IMG/VR virus record: IMGVR_UViG_3300034409_000017 | Span: 1,137-65,136 of that record | DNA: 64,000 nucleotides | Strand: one strand, 5' to 3' | Origin: a virus | Part shown: positions 1 through 7,931 of the stretch, one piece after another | Layout of the letters: each line of letters opens with the position of its first letter | Numbering within the stretch: the first letter of the stretch is position 1 | Made by a program: the position numbers and the translations under genes | Notes under the pieces: generated by a model | What the model saw: only the letters and a program-made list of their open reading frames with translations | Database searches by the model: none | What the model was told of the DNA's origin: nothing

Positions 1-51
1 GGCGACCAAATGCATACAATTTCTATGAAAAGGGGCAGCAAAAAGATTTAA
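1..51 (+). CDS. C-terminal end (truncated by window) of a 29-aa-repeat family protein
   Basis: Frame 1 reads GDQMHTISMKRGSKKI*, matching the terminal half-repeat of the paralogues (GLQMGEISRKRGW, AYEMKQISMMRKN); followed by the same terminator. Confidence 0.8.
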   Translation, partial: GDQMHTISMKRGSKKI

Positions 52-64
52 TCTCCTAAGAAAC

Positions 65-103
65 CCCCAGCAGCTTATTTTGGTTGCTGGGGATTTCATT
101 TTG
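65..103 (+). terminator. Rho-independent terminator after repeat gene
   Basis: CCCCAGCAGC-ttattttg-GTTGCTGGGG stem followed by ATTTCATTTT; repeated at 1628. Confidence 0.75.
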
Positions 104-122
104 AAAATAATTCAAAAATGGG

Positions 123-212
123 TTGATTTTTAGGATGCTGTGTCATATAATTATTATATGGCTTGAGGAAATAGGTTCCCAAGCAATTTCAATCAATAAT
201 TAGGAGATAATT
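123..212 (+). promoter_or_regulatory. Repeated leader copy 1 (sigma70 promoter, 5' hairpin, RBS)
   Basis: TTGATT(123)-17bp-TATAAT(146); GCTTGAGGAA..TTCCCAAGC hairpin; AGGAGATAATT-ATG. Confidence 0.9.
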
Positions 213-842
213 ATGAAAACACAAAAGAAAAATGAGTTTTTAAACTTGCTTTGCGATTTACATAACAACACAAAAGAAGGTGAGGATTGCTCACTTTCTT
301 ACGACACTTTACAGCAATTAAGAGATTATTTTTTGCCCAGTAGTCGAGTACCAAAAGATATATATCAATTTCTCTACTACCTAACACCAAAAATCTATCA
401 GAACCAGACAGACTCACCACTTACAAAAGTTCTTTTTGACGGTCAGTATTGCGTTTCTTGTAACGGGAATATGATATTCTATAAACTGGCTGCGCCCGGT
501 ACTGTGGGGCTTTATACAGCTACAAAAACCGATTTAATCGAGCATCAAAAAGAAATTAAAGGCTATCCAGACTGGAAAGCCGCAGCGAATTTTAATGAAG
601 ATCGAAATTATTATAATTTTGATGTTAGTGAGTTGGAAACTGCATGGCTGGGTTCTGGCAAAACTCTTACCCTATGTTACAGCATAACAATAGGGAACGA
701 TGTGCGACGAATAAATCGCAAATACTGGGACCTCATTAAAAATTTCCAACCTAAATTTTATATGGATAGTAAAGAGCCTCAAAATCTGTATGGTCGTTGC
801 AACCTGGGAATGTTTACTATTGGTTGCATAAAAATAAATTAA
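213..842 (+). CDS. Hypothetical early protein, weak resemblance to beta-clamp-like domain
   Basis: 209 aa behind leader; VSCNGNMI...GYPDW recalls ATDGHRL...YPD of clamp-like proteins. Confidence 0.7.
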   Translation: MKTQKKNEFLNLLCDLHNNTKEGEDCSLSYDTLQQLRDYFLPSSRVPKDIYQFLYYLTPKIYQNQTDSPLTKVLFDGQYCVSCNGNMIFYKLAAPGTVGLYTATKTDLIEHQKEIKGYPDWKAAANFNEDRNYYNFDVSELETAWLGSGKTLTLCYSITIGNDVRRINRKYWDLIKNFQPKFYMDSKEPQNLYGRCNLGMFTIGCIKIN

Positions 843-850
843 AAAAAGGG

Positions 851-941
851 TTGATTTTTAGAATGCGGTGTCATATAATTATTATATAGCTTGAGGAAAT
901 AGGTTCCCCAAGCAATTTCAATCAATAATTAGGAGATAATT
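851..941 (+). promoter_or_regulatory. Repeated leader copy 2
   Basis: TTGATT(851)-17-TATAAT(874), hairpin and RBS nearly identical to copy 1. Confidence 0.9.
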
Positions 942-1607
942 ATGAAACAATACAGCAAAAAACAATTAAAAGTAATTGCCCGTGGAAAAGGGAAAAAAGA
1001 AGCATACGGCAATATTGATGATTTATGCCCATACAAGTACAAAGCCAAGCAAATGGCTCGCATTTCACTTGGAAGGGGCAATGATGAAGAGTTCAGCAAT
1101 ATCGATGATCTTTGCCCAAAAAGATATAATGCCAAGCAAATGGGGAAAGTTTCACTTGGAAGAGGCAATCACCCATATTATGGAAATATTGACCATCTGG
1201 ATCCAGCAAAATTTGATGCTGCCCAAATGGGGGCGATTTCACGTGGAAGAGGCAACGGGCAACATTATGGCAGCGTAGACGATTTATGCCCAGCTGACTA
1301 TAATGGAGAACAAATGCGTTTGGTTTCGCTTGGAAGGGAAAAGAAAAACTATTTTGGAAATGCCGACAACCTGGATCCAGCTAAATACAATGCGGATCAA
1401 ATGTGGTGGGTTTCACTTGGAAGGGGCAAAGATTCAAGGTATGGCAATATTGATGATCTTTGCCCAACTAAGTACAATTCAGACCAAATGCTTTTGGTTT
1501 CAAGTGGCAGGGGCAGCGATCAATATTGTGGGAATATCGATGATCTGGATCCAGCTGAATATACTGGTTTGCAGATGGGAGAAATTTCAAGGAAACGCGG
1601 CTGGTAA
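942..1607 (+). CDS. 29-aa tandem repeat protein (7.5 repeats)
   Basis: Unit (Y/F)xxxQMxx(I/V)SxGRGxxxx(Y/F)GNIDDL(D/C)Pxx; 3+7x29+15=221 aa. Confidence 0.92.
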   Translation: MKQYSKKQLKVIARGKGKKEAYGNIDDLCPYKYKAKQMARISLGRGNDEEFSNIDDLCPKRYNAKQMGKVSLGRGNHPYYGNIDHLDPAKFDAAQMGAISRGRGNGQHYGSVDDLCPADYNGEQMRLVSLGREKKNYFGNADNLDPAKYNADQMWWVSLGRGKDSRYGNIDDLCPTKYNSDQMLLVSSGRGSDQYCGNIDDLDPAEYTGLQMGEISRKRGW

Positions 1608-1627
1608 CCCTTAATCCCCATTAAAAC

Positions 1628-1665
1628 CCCCAGCAGCTTGTTTTGGTTGCTGGGGATTTCATTTG
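1628..1665 (+). terminator. Rho-independent terminator after repeat gene
   Basis: Same CCCCAGCAGC/GTTGCTGGGG stem plus T-rich tail as at 65. Confidence 0.75.
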
Positions 1666-1696
1666 GGTTTCATTTTTAAAATAATTTAAAAATGGG

Positions 1697-1787
1697 TTGA
1701 TTTTTAGAATGCAGTGTCATATAATTATTATATGGCTTGAGGAAATGGGTTCCCCAAGCAATTTCAATCAATAATTAGGAGATAATT
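1697..1787 (+). promoter_or_regulatory. Repeated leader copy 3
   Basis: TTGATT(1697)-17-TATAAT(1720), hairpin, RBS. Confidence 0.9.
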
Positions 1788-2114
1788 ATGAAAAAAGCAG
1801 TTATAACTAATTTTAATGAAGTTTTAGGATTTGTAGATGTTGAAAAACACGTTGGTTATGTAGATGTTGCGGGGTACGTAACTTGGAAATGGCAAAATAC
1901 TTATAAACAAGACCCGAATTACGATACAAATGAAGACCCGTATAACATACCATTGGTCGAGGTTGAGTCTCAAGTAATTGATAGTTGCGTTAATGTCAGG
2001 TCATACAAATGCACAGCAAATAAAAAATATTTTAAAGATGAGATTTTATTTGATTGTGATGGCATTAAAACGGCTGTCGATAGTTTTGGCGACACCGTTT
2101 ATTATCTCATATAA
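1788..2114 (+). CDS. Hypothetical early protein
   Basis: 108 aa ORF behind leader/RBS. Confidence 0.75.
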   Translation: MKKAVITNFNEVLGFVDVEKHVGYVDVAGYVTWKWQNTYKQDPNYDTNEDPYNIPLVEVESQVIDSCVNVRSYKCTANKKYFKDEILFDCDGIKTAVDSFGDTVYYLI

Positions 2115-2184
2115 GTTTTATTTACTGCTGAATAAGCAGCTCAGAAAATAATTATAGTTTATAATTTTGAACCGCCGCATAGGT

Positions 2185-2235
2185 GGCTTAGAAAATAGTT
2201 CCCAAGCAAGTTCAATCAATAATTAGGAGATAATT
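2185..2235 (+). promoter_or_regulatory. Partial leader copy (hairpin remnant plus RBS, promoter part replaced)
   Basis: GCTTAGAAAATAGTTCCCAAGC..TTCAATCAATAATTAGGAGATAATT. Confidence 0.75.
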
Positions 2236-2640
2236 ATGGAACAATACAATAAGCAAAGAATCAGCGCCATTGGAAGAAGCGGCAATCGAAAATATGGTAA
2301 TGTGGACAATCTTAAATGGTTTAAGCACAATGCCGACCAAATGGAATGGATTTCCCGAGGAAGGGGTCAATATCCAAGGTTTGGGAATATCGATGATTTG
2401 TGCCCAAGCAAATATAATGCTGCCCAAATGGAATGGATTTCCCGAGGAAGGGGTAGCAGCGCGGATTACGCCAATATTGATGATCTCGATCCAAACAAAT
2501 TCAATGCCAGCAAAATGGTTAATGTTTCGCTTGGAAGAGGGGAGGATTCAGCATTTGGTAATATTGATGATCTGGATCCAGCCAAATTTGGTGCTGCCCA
2601 AATGGAGGATATCTCCATACGCCGCGGCAGCTCATTTTAG
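2236..2640 (+). CDS. 29-aa tandem repeat protein (about 4.5 repeats)
   Basis: QMxxISRGRG...GNIDDL(C/D)P units; paralogue of 942..1607. Confidence 0.92.
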   Translation: MEQYNKQRISAIGRSGNRKYGNVDNLKWFKHNADQMEWISRGRGQYPRFGNIDDLCPSKYNAAQMEWISRGRGSSADYANIDDLDPNKFNASKMVNVSLGRGEDSAFGNIDDLDPAKFGAAQMEDISIRRGSSF

Positions 2641-2679
2641 TTGCTGGGGATTTTATTTTGAAAATAATTCAAAAAGGTG

Positions 2680-2770
2680 TTGATTTTTATAAAGAGGTGT
2701 CATATAATTATTATATAGCTTGAGGAAATAGGTTCCCCAGGCAATTTCAATCAATAATTAGGAGATAATT
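2680..2770 (+). promoter_or_regulatory. Repeated leader copy
   Basis: TTGATT(2680)-17-TATAAT(2703), hairpin, RBS. Confidence 0.9.
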
Positions 2771-3007
2771 ATGAAAAAATTACGTTTAGTAGATATAAAT
2801 ACCAATGGGTATTGTAAAGAGTGTAAGCATGCCATTTTAATGGAATTGGTGGATAAATATGACGAGAATTATAATTTTAAATCTTATCCATCTAACATTA
2901 CTGTGCAATTTTGTGGTTCTTGCGAAGAGTATGAAGCCATTCCAGGTGAAGAGATTGACCCTATGGAAGGTTTAGAGGCCATAGAAAAAACTGATTGCAT
3001 TTGTTAA
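2771..3007 (+). CDS. Small putative zinc-binding protein
   Basis: CKEC...CGSC, behind leader. Confidence 0.7.
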   Translation: MKKLRLVDINTNGYCKECKHAILMELVDKYDENYNFKSYPSNITVQFCGSCEEYEAIPGEEIDPMEGLEAIEKTDCIC

Positions 3008-3019
3008 CATTATAGGCTT

Positions 3020-3048
3020 TGGGGTGGTAGCCGTATAATACCGCCCCA
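3020..3048 (+). other. GC-rich intergenic hairpin
   Basis: TGGGGTGGTA-gccgtataa-TACCGCCCCA; no clear U-tract. Confidence 0.55.
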
Positions 3049-3070
3049 CATAAATAAAACGGGAGTTGTT

Positions 3071-3682
3071 ATGAAAGTGAATATACAAAGTTTAAGAGAC
3101 TACGGCGCCGTCTATAAGGCGTTACGTGGAACTTCTAATTGCATAGAGATTGCTGTGCAGCGACTTGAAGATAAGGAATGGCTTTGGGTTGAAGAAACTC
3201 ATAGCATGCTGAAAGAAGTGAACAAACACTATTGCGATAATGACTTTTGGAAACTTCCTATGTTTCTGAAAGACTTTAGGGTGGACTATTTCAGCAGGGT
3301 AGATTATTTCAGCCCAGCGAAGAATGAACCTTACGCGACGGGTTTCCAATACAAAACTGACTTGTTTACTTTTGAATTCTGTTGTAGGGAAGCTGATTAT
3401 AAAGAAGATGGAGTACATATAACAAGTGAAAATGTCATCTTTGTATTCAACCACGATGGAACAGAAACTATAGGAAACTTAGAAACCCTTAAGGAGTACG
3501 TTCAAAAGACAAAGGAATTGTGGTATGATAATCGATATGATGAGGAGTACAAGACTAAGTACTTTCCTATTGGGTACAATATGGATTACTATAGGGAAGA
3601 AGCCTATACCTCTTTAATAGAGGCTTTAAAGACTACGGTGAAAAGCCCACTAAGACCACTCCCAGGTTATGTTTGTGAGTAG
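3071..3682 (+). CDS. Hypothetical protein
   Basis: 203 aa, GGGAG RBS; internal RVDYFS-RVDYFS duplication. Confidence 0.75.
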   Translation: MKVNIQSLRDYGAVYKALRGTSNCIEIAVQRLEDKEWLWVEETHSMLKEVNKHYCDNDFWKLPMFLKDFRVDYFSRVDYFSPAKNEPYATGFQYKTDLFTFEFCCREADYKEDGVHITSENVIFVFNHDGTETIGNLETLKEYVQKTKELWYDNRYDEEYKTKYFPIGYNMDYYREEAYTSLIEALKTTVKSPLRPLPGYVCE

Positions 3683-3763
3683 ATTTTTATTGGTGCGGAC
3701 GTTAGGTTTAAATCGCTTAGCCTTCGCGCTGTAACTTTTAACGATTTAAAGAGGAGTTTTATT

Positions 3764-4168
3764 ATGAAAAAGTATGATAACAATCAATGGCATTGGGTTT
3801 CCCTTGGCAGGGGCGAAAATGCCCTTTACGGCAATATTGATGATCTCGATCCAATAAAATTCTGTGCCAGCAAAATGGTTAATGTTTCGCTTGGAAGAGG
3901 AAAAGATTCAGCCTTTGGCAATATCGATGATCTGGATCCGGATAAATATTGTAGGGTTCAAATGCACAGAATTTCTCTTGGAAGAGATAGTAGTAACTAT
4001 TTTGCCAACATCGATGACCTGGATCCAGAAAAGTATGATGGCGACCAAATGCTTTGGATTTCAGTTGGAAGGGGAGACTACAAAGATTTTGGCAATATCG
4101 ATGATCTGGATCCAGAAAAATTTATGGCGTATGAAATGAAGCAGATTTCAATGATGCGCAAAAACTGA
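3764..4168 (+). CDS. 29-aa tandem repeat protein (4.5 repeats)
   Basis: 3+4x29+15=134 aa; same scaffold; GAGGAG RBS. Confidence 0.92.
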   Translation: MKKYDNNQWHWVSLGRGENALYGNIDDLDPIKFCASKMVNVSLGRGKDSAFGNIDDLDPDKYCRVQMHRISLGRDSSNYFANIDDLDPEKYDGDQMLWISVGRGDYKDFGNIDDLDPEKFMAYEMKQISMMRKN

Positions 4169-4223
4169 TTTCATTTGAATTTCATTTGGAAAACACCTTT
4201 AAAACACTAATTAGGAAATAATT

Positions 4224-4832
4224 ATGAAAAAATTTCAACCTTGCGCTTTTCAAATAGAAGATAGCGCCGACTTTCTTCGGGTTTCATTTCAACTTGAAGA
4301 GCAAACCACACGGTTTTGTGACATTAAATATGATGCAAACCGCTGGGGGTTTGAAAAGTACACGCAGCAAGAAGCCAAAGACATAATCAAGGGAATCCTT
4401 TTACAGGGGAAAAATAGAGAAAAACTCCTAAAGGATTATTTTGATGCCGAGCTGTTAAACTGTGCAGTGGAAAAGATTATGAATAGAATTGAAAGAAAAT
4501 TCATTCATAAGGTATTTTTAAAAAAGAAGAAAAAGAAGAAAACGATATACAGTTATCGCAGAATAAGCAGGCTTGAAATGTCCAATGATGATGTGTATTC
4601 GATTTCATTTGATGAATTGCCAACTTTGGGGGTCGATGAAAGAGGTGATTTTTGGTACGACGATTTAATCCCCACCAAAAACGAAGCAATGGAATTATCC
4701 GGAAACCTTGTGGTAATCGGGTATGGAAGGCACGCAGGGAGAAGATTTTGGCAACTTCCCCAACTCGTTAAAAATAAAATCAGGCTTCAAGTTAAAAAAC
4801 AAGAAGTTTCTAAAGAATATATAGGGAGTTAA
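4224..4832 (+). CDS. Hypothetical protein
   Basis: 202 aa; preceded by leader-type RBS TAATTAGGAAATAATT; poly-Lys tract. Confidence 0.7.
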   Translation: MKKFQPCAFQIEDSADFLRVSFQLEEQTTRFCDIKYDANRWGFEKYTQQEAKDIIKGILLQGKNREKLLKDYFDAELLNCAVEKIMNRIERKFIHKVFLKKKKKKKTIYSYRRISRLEMSNDDVYSISFDELPTLGVDERGDFWYDDLIPTKNEAMELSGNLVVIGYGRHAGRRFWQLPQLVKNKIRLQVKKQEVSKEYIGS

Positions 4833-4834
4833 TT

Positions 4835-5143
4835 ATGTTAAGCTGGATACATCCAAAACAAACAACCGAAGGGAAGAACATACAAAACACTTTCGAAGTT
4901 ACCAGGATCCCAAGTGACCTGGAGTTTTACGATTTCATTAAAACCCACATGTCTCAAAATAGGATCTTTAGGCTAACCGGCGATTTTGTTGGGGCTGCTC
5001 AAATAATAAAGTTGGCAAATCAAGCCAGCAGCCTTTTTCTCCCTCGCCAATACCTTACTTATTGCACAGAAAAAAAAGATGGCAAGTGCTTAATAGAGAT
5101 ATCCTGGATTGAAAAACCTCGAGAAAAAGAGAAATATCTCTAA
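4835..5143 (+). CDS. Hypothetical protein
   Basis: 102 aa, tightly coupled to upstream gene, GGGAG RBS. Confidence 0.65.
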   Translation: MLSWIHPKQTTEGKNIQNTFEVTRIPSDLEFYDFIKTHMSQNRIFRLTGDFVGAAQIIKLANQASSLFLPRQYLTYCTEKKDGKCLIEISWIEKPREKEKYL

Positions 5144-5149
5144 TTAGTG

Positions 5150-5239
5150 TTGACATTTTTAATGGAGTGTCATACAATTATTATATAGCTTGAGGAAATG
5201 GGTTCCTAAGCGATTTCAATAAATAATTAGGAAATAATT
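5150..5239 (+). promoter_or_regulatory. Repeated leader copy
   Basis: TTGACA(5150)-17-TACAAT(5173), GCTTGAGGAA..TTCCTAAGC, AGGAAATAATT-ATG. Confidence 0.88.
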
Positions 5240-5482
5240 ATGAAAAGAACTTCTATGATAGAAATTAAGGAAAGCAGAGAAAATCTAACCGGATTTTTGC
5301 ATATCTCAAAAATAACTGAGCTTAGCAAAATAATGGGTGCACCAAAACGGGTCGTTTCAAATCTAACTTTTTATGGATTGTGCGATCTTATCGTTGAGCT
5401 CTATGATTTCAAAACCCTGACAAACAAAAAAGCAGAGGCGTGCTTTGAGATTTTAAGGGTTGAAAATACAAGGCTTAAATAA
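5240..5482 (+). CDS. Hypothetical protein
   Basis: 80 aa behind leader. Confidence 0.7.
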   Translation: MKRTSMIEIKESRENLTGFLHISKITELSKIMGAPKRVVSNLTFYGLCDLIVELYDFKTLTNKKAEACFEILRVENTRLK

Positions 5483-5490
5483 CCTTTGGG

Positions 5491-5516
5491 ATTGGGGCTG
5501 TTATGGCAGCCCCAAT
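5491..5516. terminator. Terminator hairpin between convergent arms
   Basis: ATTGGGGCTG-ttatgg-CAGCCCCAAT at the +/- convergence point. Confidence 0.7.
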
Positions 5517-5531
5517 AGCCTTCTCTATTTA

Positions 5532-7487
5532 TTAGTTCAATTGGCTAACGCCTTCTTTTTTATTCACAATTATTACATCATCAAACATATCCTGAAAATT
5601 GGCATCGTGGTCAATGGTGAATATTTGTTTTTCTTTAGACAATTCGCTTATAATATCAAATACTTTTTGCCTCCCTTCATAATCTAATCCAGAAAGCGGT
5701 TCATCCAAAACATTGAAATGAACTGGAAAGCCTATGCTTTTTTCTATTAGCAAACTAAAGGTAAAGAAGCAAGCTAAATCCACCCGTTGAGTTTCCCCTT
5801 CCGACAATGAATCCAAGCCCATTTTATTCCCATTCCGAATAACATAAATGTTTATTTCTGGGGTGGTATTTCCTTTTGAATTTTCTTTCCAGGAGGTAAC
5901 CTCGATCCTTTCAAAATCTAATCCCTGCTGCATACAAAAAGCGTTTAATAATTCCTGCAACACCTTAATGGTGTTATCGAAAGCAGAAAAGCGGAGATCC
6001 TTAAAGCCTTGAGCCCAATACTTGGAAAGGGCACTTTCTTGATGAAGTGTTTTAAGTTTTTCCTCAACTTCCTTTTTTTCTTTCTGCATTTCATCGAGAT
6101 CCTTTTCCTGATGTTCAATGCTCGTTTTAAGCTGGATCATAAATGGCTTATTCCTTGCCTCCTTCAATTGGGATTGAGCCACCAAAACCTTGGATTTTGC
6201 TTGCTCTATTTTGGATTCAATGGAGGCGGCTTCCGCCTTATCGTCAAGGTATTCCTTATTTATCTCGGCTATCTCGTCATCAAAAATCTGAGCAGATAAA
6301 GAAATGGCTTTTTCAAGTTCATTTCTCAATTCGGAGTACTTAGAATTTAATGAATCAAGCTCTTCGTGGATCTGGTTTCTTTGATCCTGCATTTCCTTTA
6401 ACTCAATTTTAAGTGCTTCTTCCCTCTGATCAAATACAACAGCCTCTTTTTCTATGGCTTCATTGTCTGGGGGATTTGGTAACTTTTGACCGCATTTGCT
6501 GCAATCCTCCCTCCCTTTCTGCTTTCTTAAATCTGCTGCCTTGTTTTGTTCTTTTTGGATTTCAAGGTTAATTCCTATAGTGCAATCCTGAACCTCCCGA
6601 ACCAACTTATTGAACTCCCCAATTTTACCATCTATCTCCTTGGTCTTTTCTTTGTGGTTTGTTTCTAAAATTGATTTTTTGAGTTCTTTCTTTTTCTTTA
6701 CTTCTTCTATTCTTTGACCAAAATGGGCTAAAAGAGGAGGAGCAGTATCCTTATCCAAGGATTCGTAATGCTCCTCGGCTTTTCTTAGCTCTTCTTCTGC
6801 CTCTTTTATTTCGATTTCATTTATATCTTCTTCTTCTTTCAACCTTCTTTTTGACGCAGTTAAAAAGCCTTCGGAAGAGCTTAACTTTTCTACCAACTTA
6901 TCCGATTGCTCTTTTGTATGGAAATATGAAACCTCTAAAGTTTTAGATTCCTTATAAGCTACTTCCCTTGCTTTTTCCCATTGCTGCCCCTGCGCTAAAA
7001 TATCAATAACCTCGGCTCGCTCTTTAGGACTTAGGCTGCTAAAGGTATTAAATTTTTTCCCATAGAAAGCCACTAAAGATAAAATCTCCGGAGAAACGCC
7101 AAGCACTTCAAATACCCTTTGGGTGCCTTGTTTGCTATCATGAAAGGTTTCTTTGTTTCCATCCAAGGATAACTCAATGGCTTTCTTATTGGAACTCCAT
7201 TCCCTTGTAATTTCAACCTGGTGATCCTTATGGCTAAATTCGATGGTTACCACCACTTCCTTTTTTCCTATTCGAACTACCTCGGCGGCTCTAACGCCTC
7301 TAACCGTTTTACCCGTTAAACACCAGTAAACAGCCTCAAATAAGGAAGATTTTCCAGCGCCGTTAGAGTTATCCTCTTTTTCCAAAGAACCCTTAACCAG
7401 CACTAAATTACTTGAGTTTGCCAAATCCAGCACTTCATTTTCTCCAAAGGAGAAGAAATTTCTAAGTTTTATTTTTTTCAGTTTCAT
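5532..7487 (-). CDS. SbcC/Rad50/T4 gp46-like ATPase
   Basis: Walker A NGAGKSS, coiled coil with CSKC hook, LSEGE signature, VLDE Walker B. Confidence 0.93.
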   Translation of the reverse strand: MKLKKIKLRNFFSFGENEVLDLANSSNLVLVKGSLEKEDNSNGAGKSSLFEAVYWCLTGKTVRGVRAAEVVRIGKKEVVVTIEFSHKDHQVEITREWSSNKKAIELSLDGNKETFHDSKQGTQRVFEVLGVSPEILSLVAFYGKKFNTFSSLSPKERAEVIDILAQGQQWEKAREVAYKESKTLEVSYFHTKEQSDKLVEKLSSSEGFLTASKRRLKEEEDINEIEIKEAEEELRKAEEHYESLDKDTAPPLLAHFGQRIEEVKKKKELKKSILETNHKEKTKEIDGKIGEFNKLVREVQDCTIGINLEIQKEQNKAADLRKQKGREDCSKCGQKLPNPPDNEAIEKEAVVFDQREEALKIELKEMQDQRNQIHEELDSLNSKYSELRNELEKAISLSAQIFDDEIAEINKEYLDDKAEAASIESKIEQAKSKVLVAQSQLKEARNKPFMIQLKTSIEHQEKDLDEMQKEKKEVEEKLKTLHQESALSKYWAQGFKDLRFSAFDNTIKVLQELLNAFCMQQGLDFERIEVTSWKENSKGNTTPEINIYVIRNGNKMGLDSLSEGETQRVDLACFFTFSLLIEKSIGFPVHFNVLDEPLSGLDYEGRQKVFDIISELSKEKQIFTIDHDANFQDMFDDVIIVNKKEGVSQLN

Positions 7488-7497
7488 GTTTTTGATT

Positions 7498-7824
7498 TCA
7501 TCTGTTCCAATTTACTTCTTCATTTTCTTTCTGCACACCTATCTTATTCTCTAAAAGCTGCGCATTAAAGTCTGTGTTTCCAACTACGACCTTAGCTGAA
7601 TAATCTCCATACCCCTCATCCTTAATGCAAAGTTTTACATTCTTAAATTTAAGGTTTTCAGTAAGCCAATCTTTGTTATAGTTTGAAATCGGAATATCAA
7701 TATCGGTAAATGATATGGATCTTTTAACGGTTATTGCGAATTGGAGTTCCACCTCAGCAATCATGTGACATTGGGAACTTATAGCTAATATTCTGGCTTT
7801 GTAGATATTTTTCCTACTTTTCAT
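7498..7824 (-). CDS. Degenerate thermonuclease (SNase)-fold protein
   Basis: YKARIL...ELQFAI..KRSISFTDIDIP...FNAQLLE pattern of phage SNase-like proteins, catalytic residues absent. Confidence 0.5.
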   Translation of the reverse strand: MKSRKNIYKARILAISSQCHMIAEVELQFAITVKRSISFTDIDIPISNYNKDWLTENLKFKNVKLCIKDEGYGDYSAKVVVGNTDFNAQLLENKIGVQKENEEVNWNR

Positions 7825-7853
7825 TTTAATTTTTACCTTTTTAATTTTAATTC

Positions 7854-7931
7854 TAAAATCTATATAGATTTTAATTTCAAAAATTTATATAAATTTTAAT
7901 TCTATATTTTACAATCTATATAAAATATAGA
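7854..7931. repeat. AT-rich palindrome cluster, candidate origin
   Basis: Palindromes TAAAATCTATATAGATTTTA (7854-7873) and AAAATTTATATAAATTTT (7880-7897); inverted repeat TCTATATTTTA/TAAAATATAGA (7901-7931). Confidence 0.6.

Noticed and set aside
3278..3313. RVDYFS-RVDYFS duplication (also the poly-Lys run near 4520)
   Set aside because: Short in-frame slippage duplications with no evidence of function
976..4139. Alternative-frame ORFs (976, 1303, 2270, 3864) overlapping the repeat genes
   Set aside because: Shadow frames kept open by the periodic 87-nt unit; no clear RBS, and interrupted in the longest gene
942..4168. Diversity-generating retroelement behind repeat variation
   Set aside because: No reverse transcriptase in the window and differences are not adenine-specific; cannot exclude one outside the window
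123..5242. Repeated ~90-bp elements as a CRISPR array or integron attC sites
   Set aside because: They are promoter/RBS leaders separated by whole genes; no cas gene, integrase or attC-type ends seen
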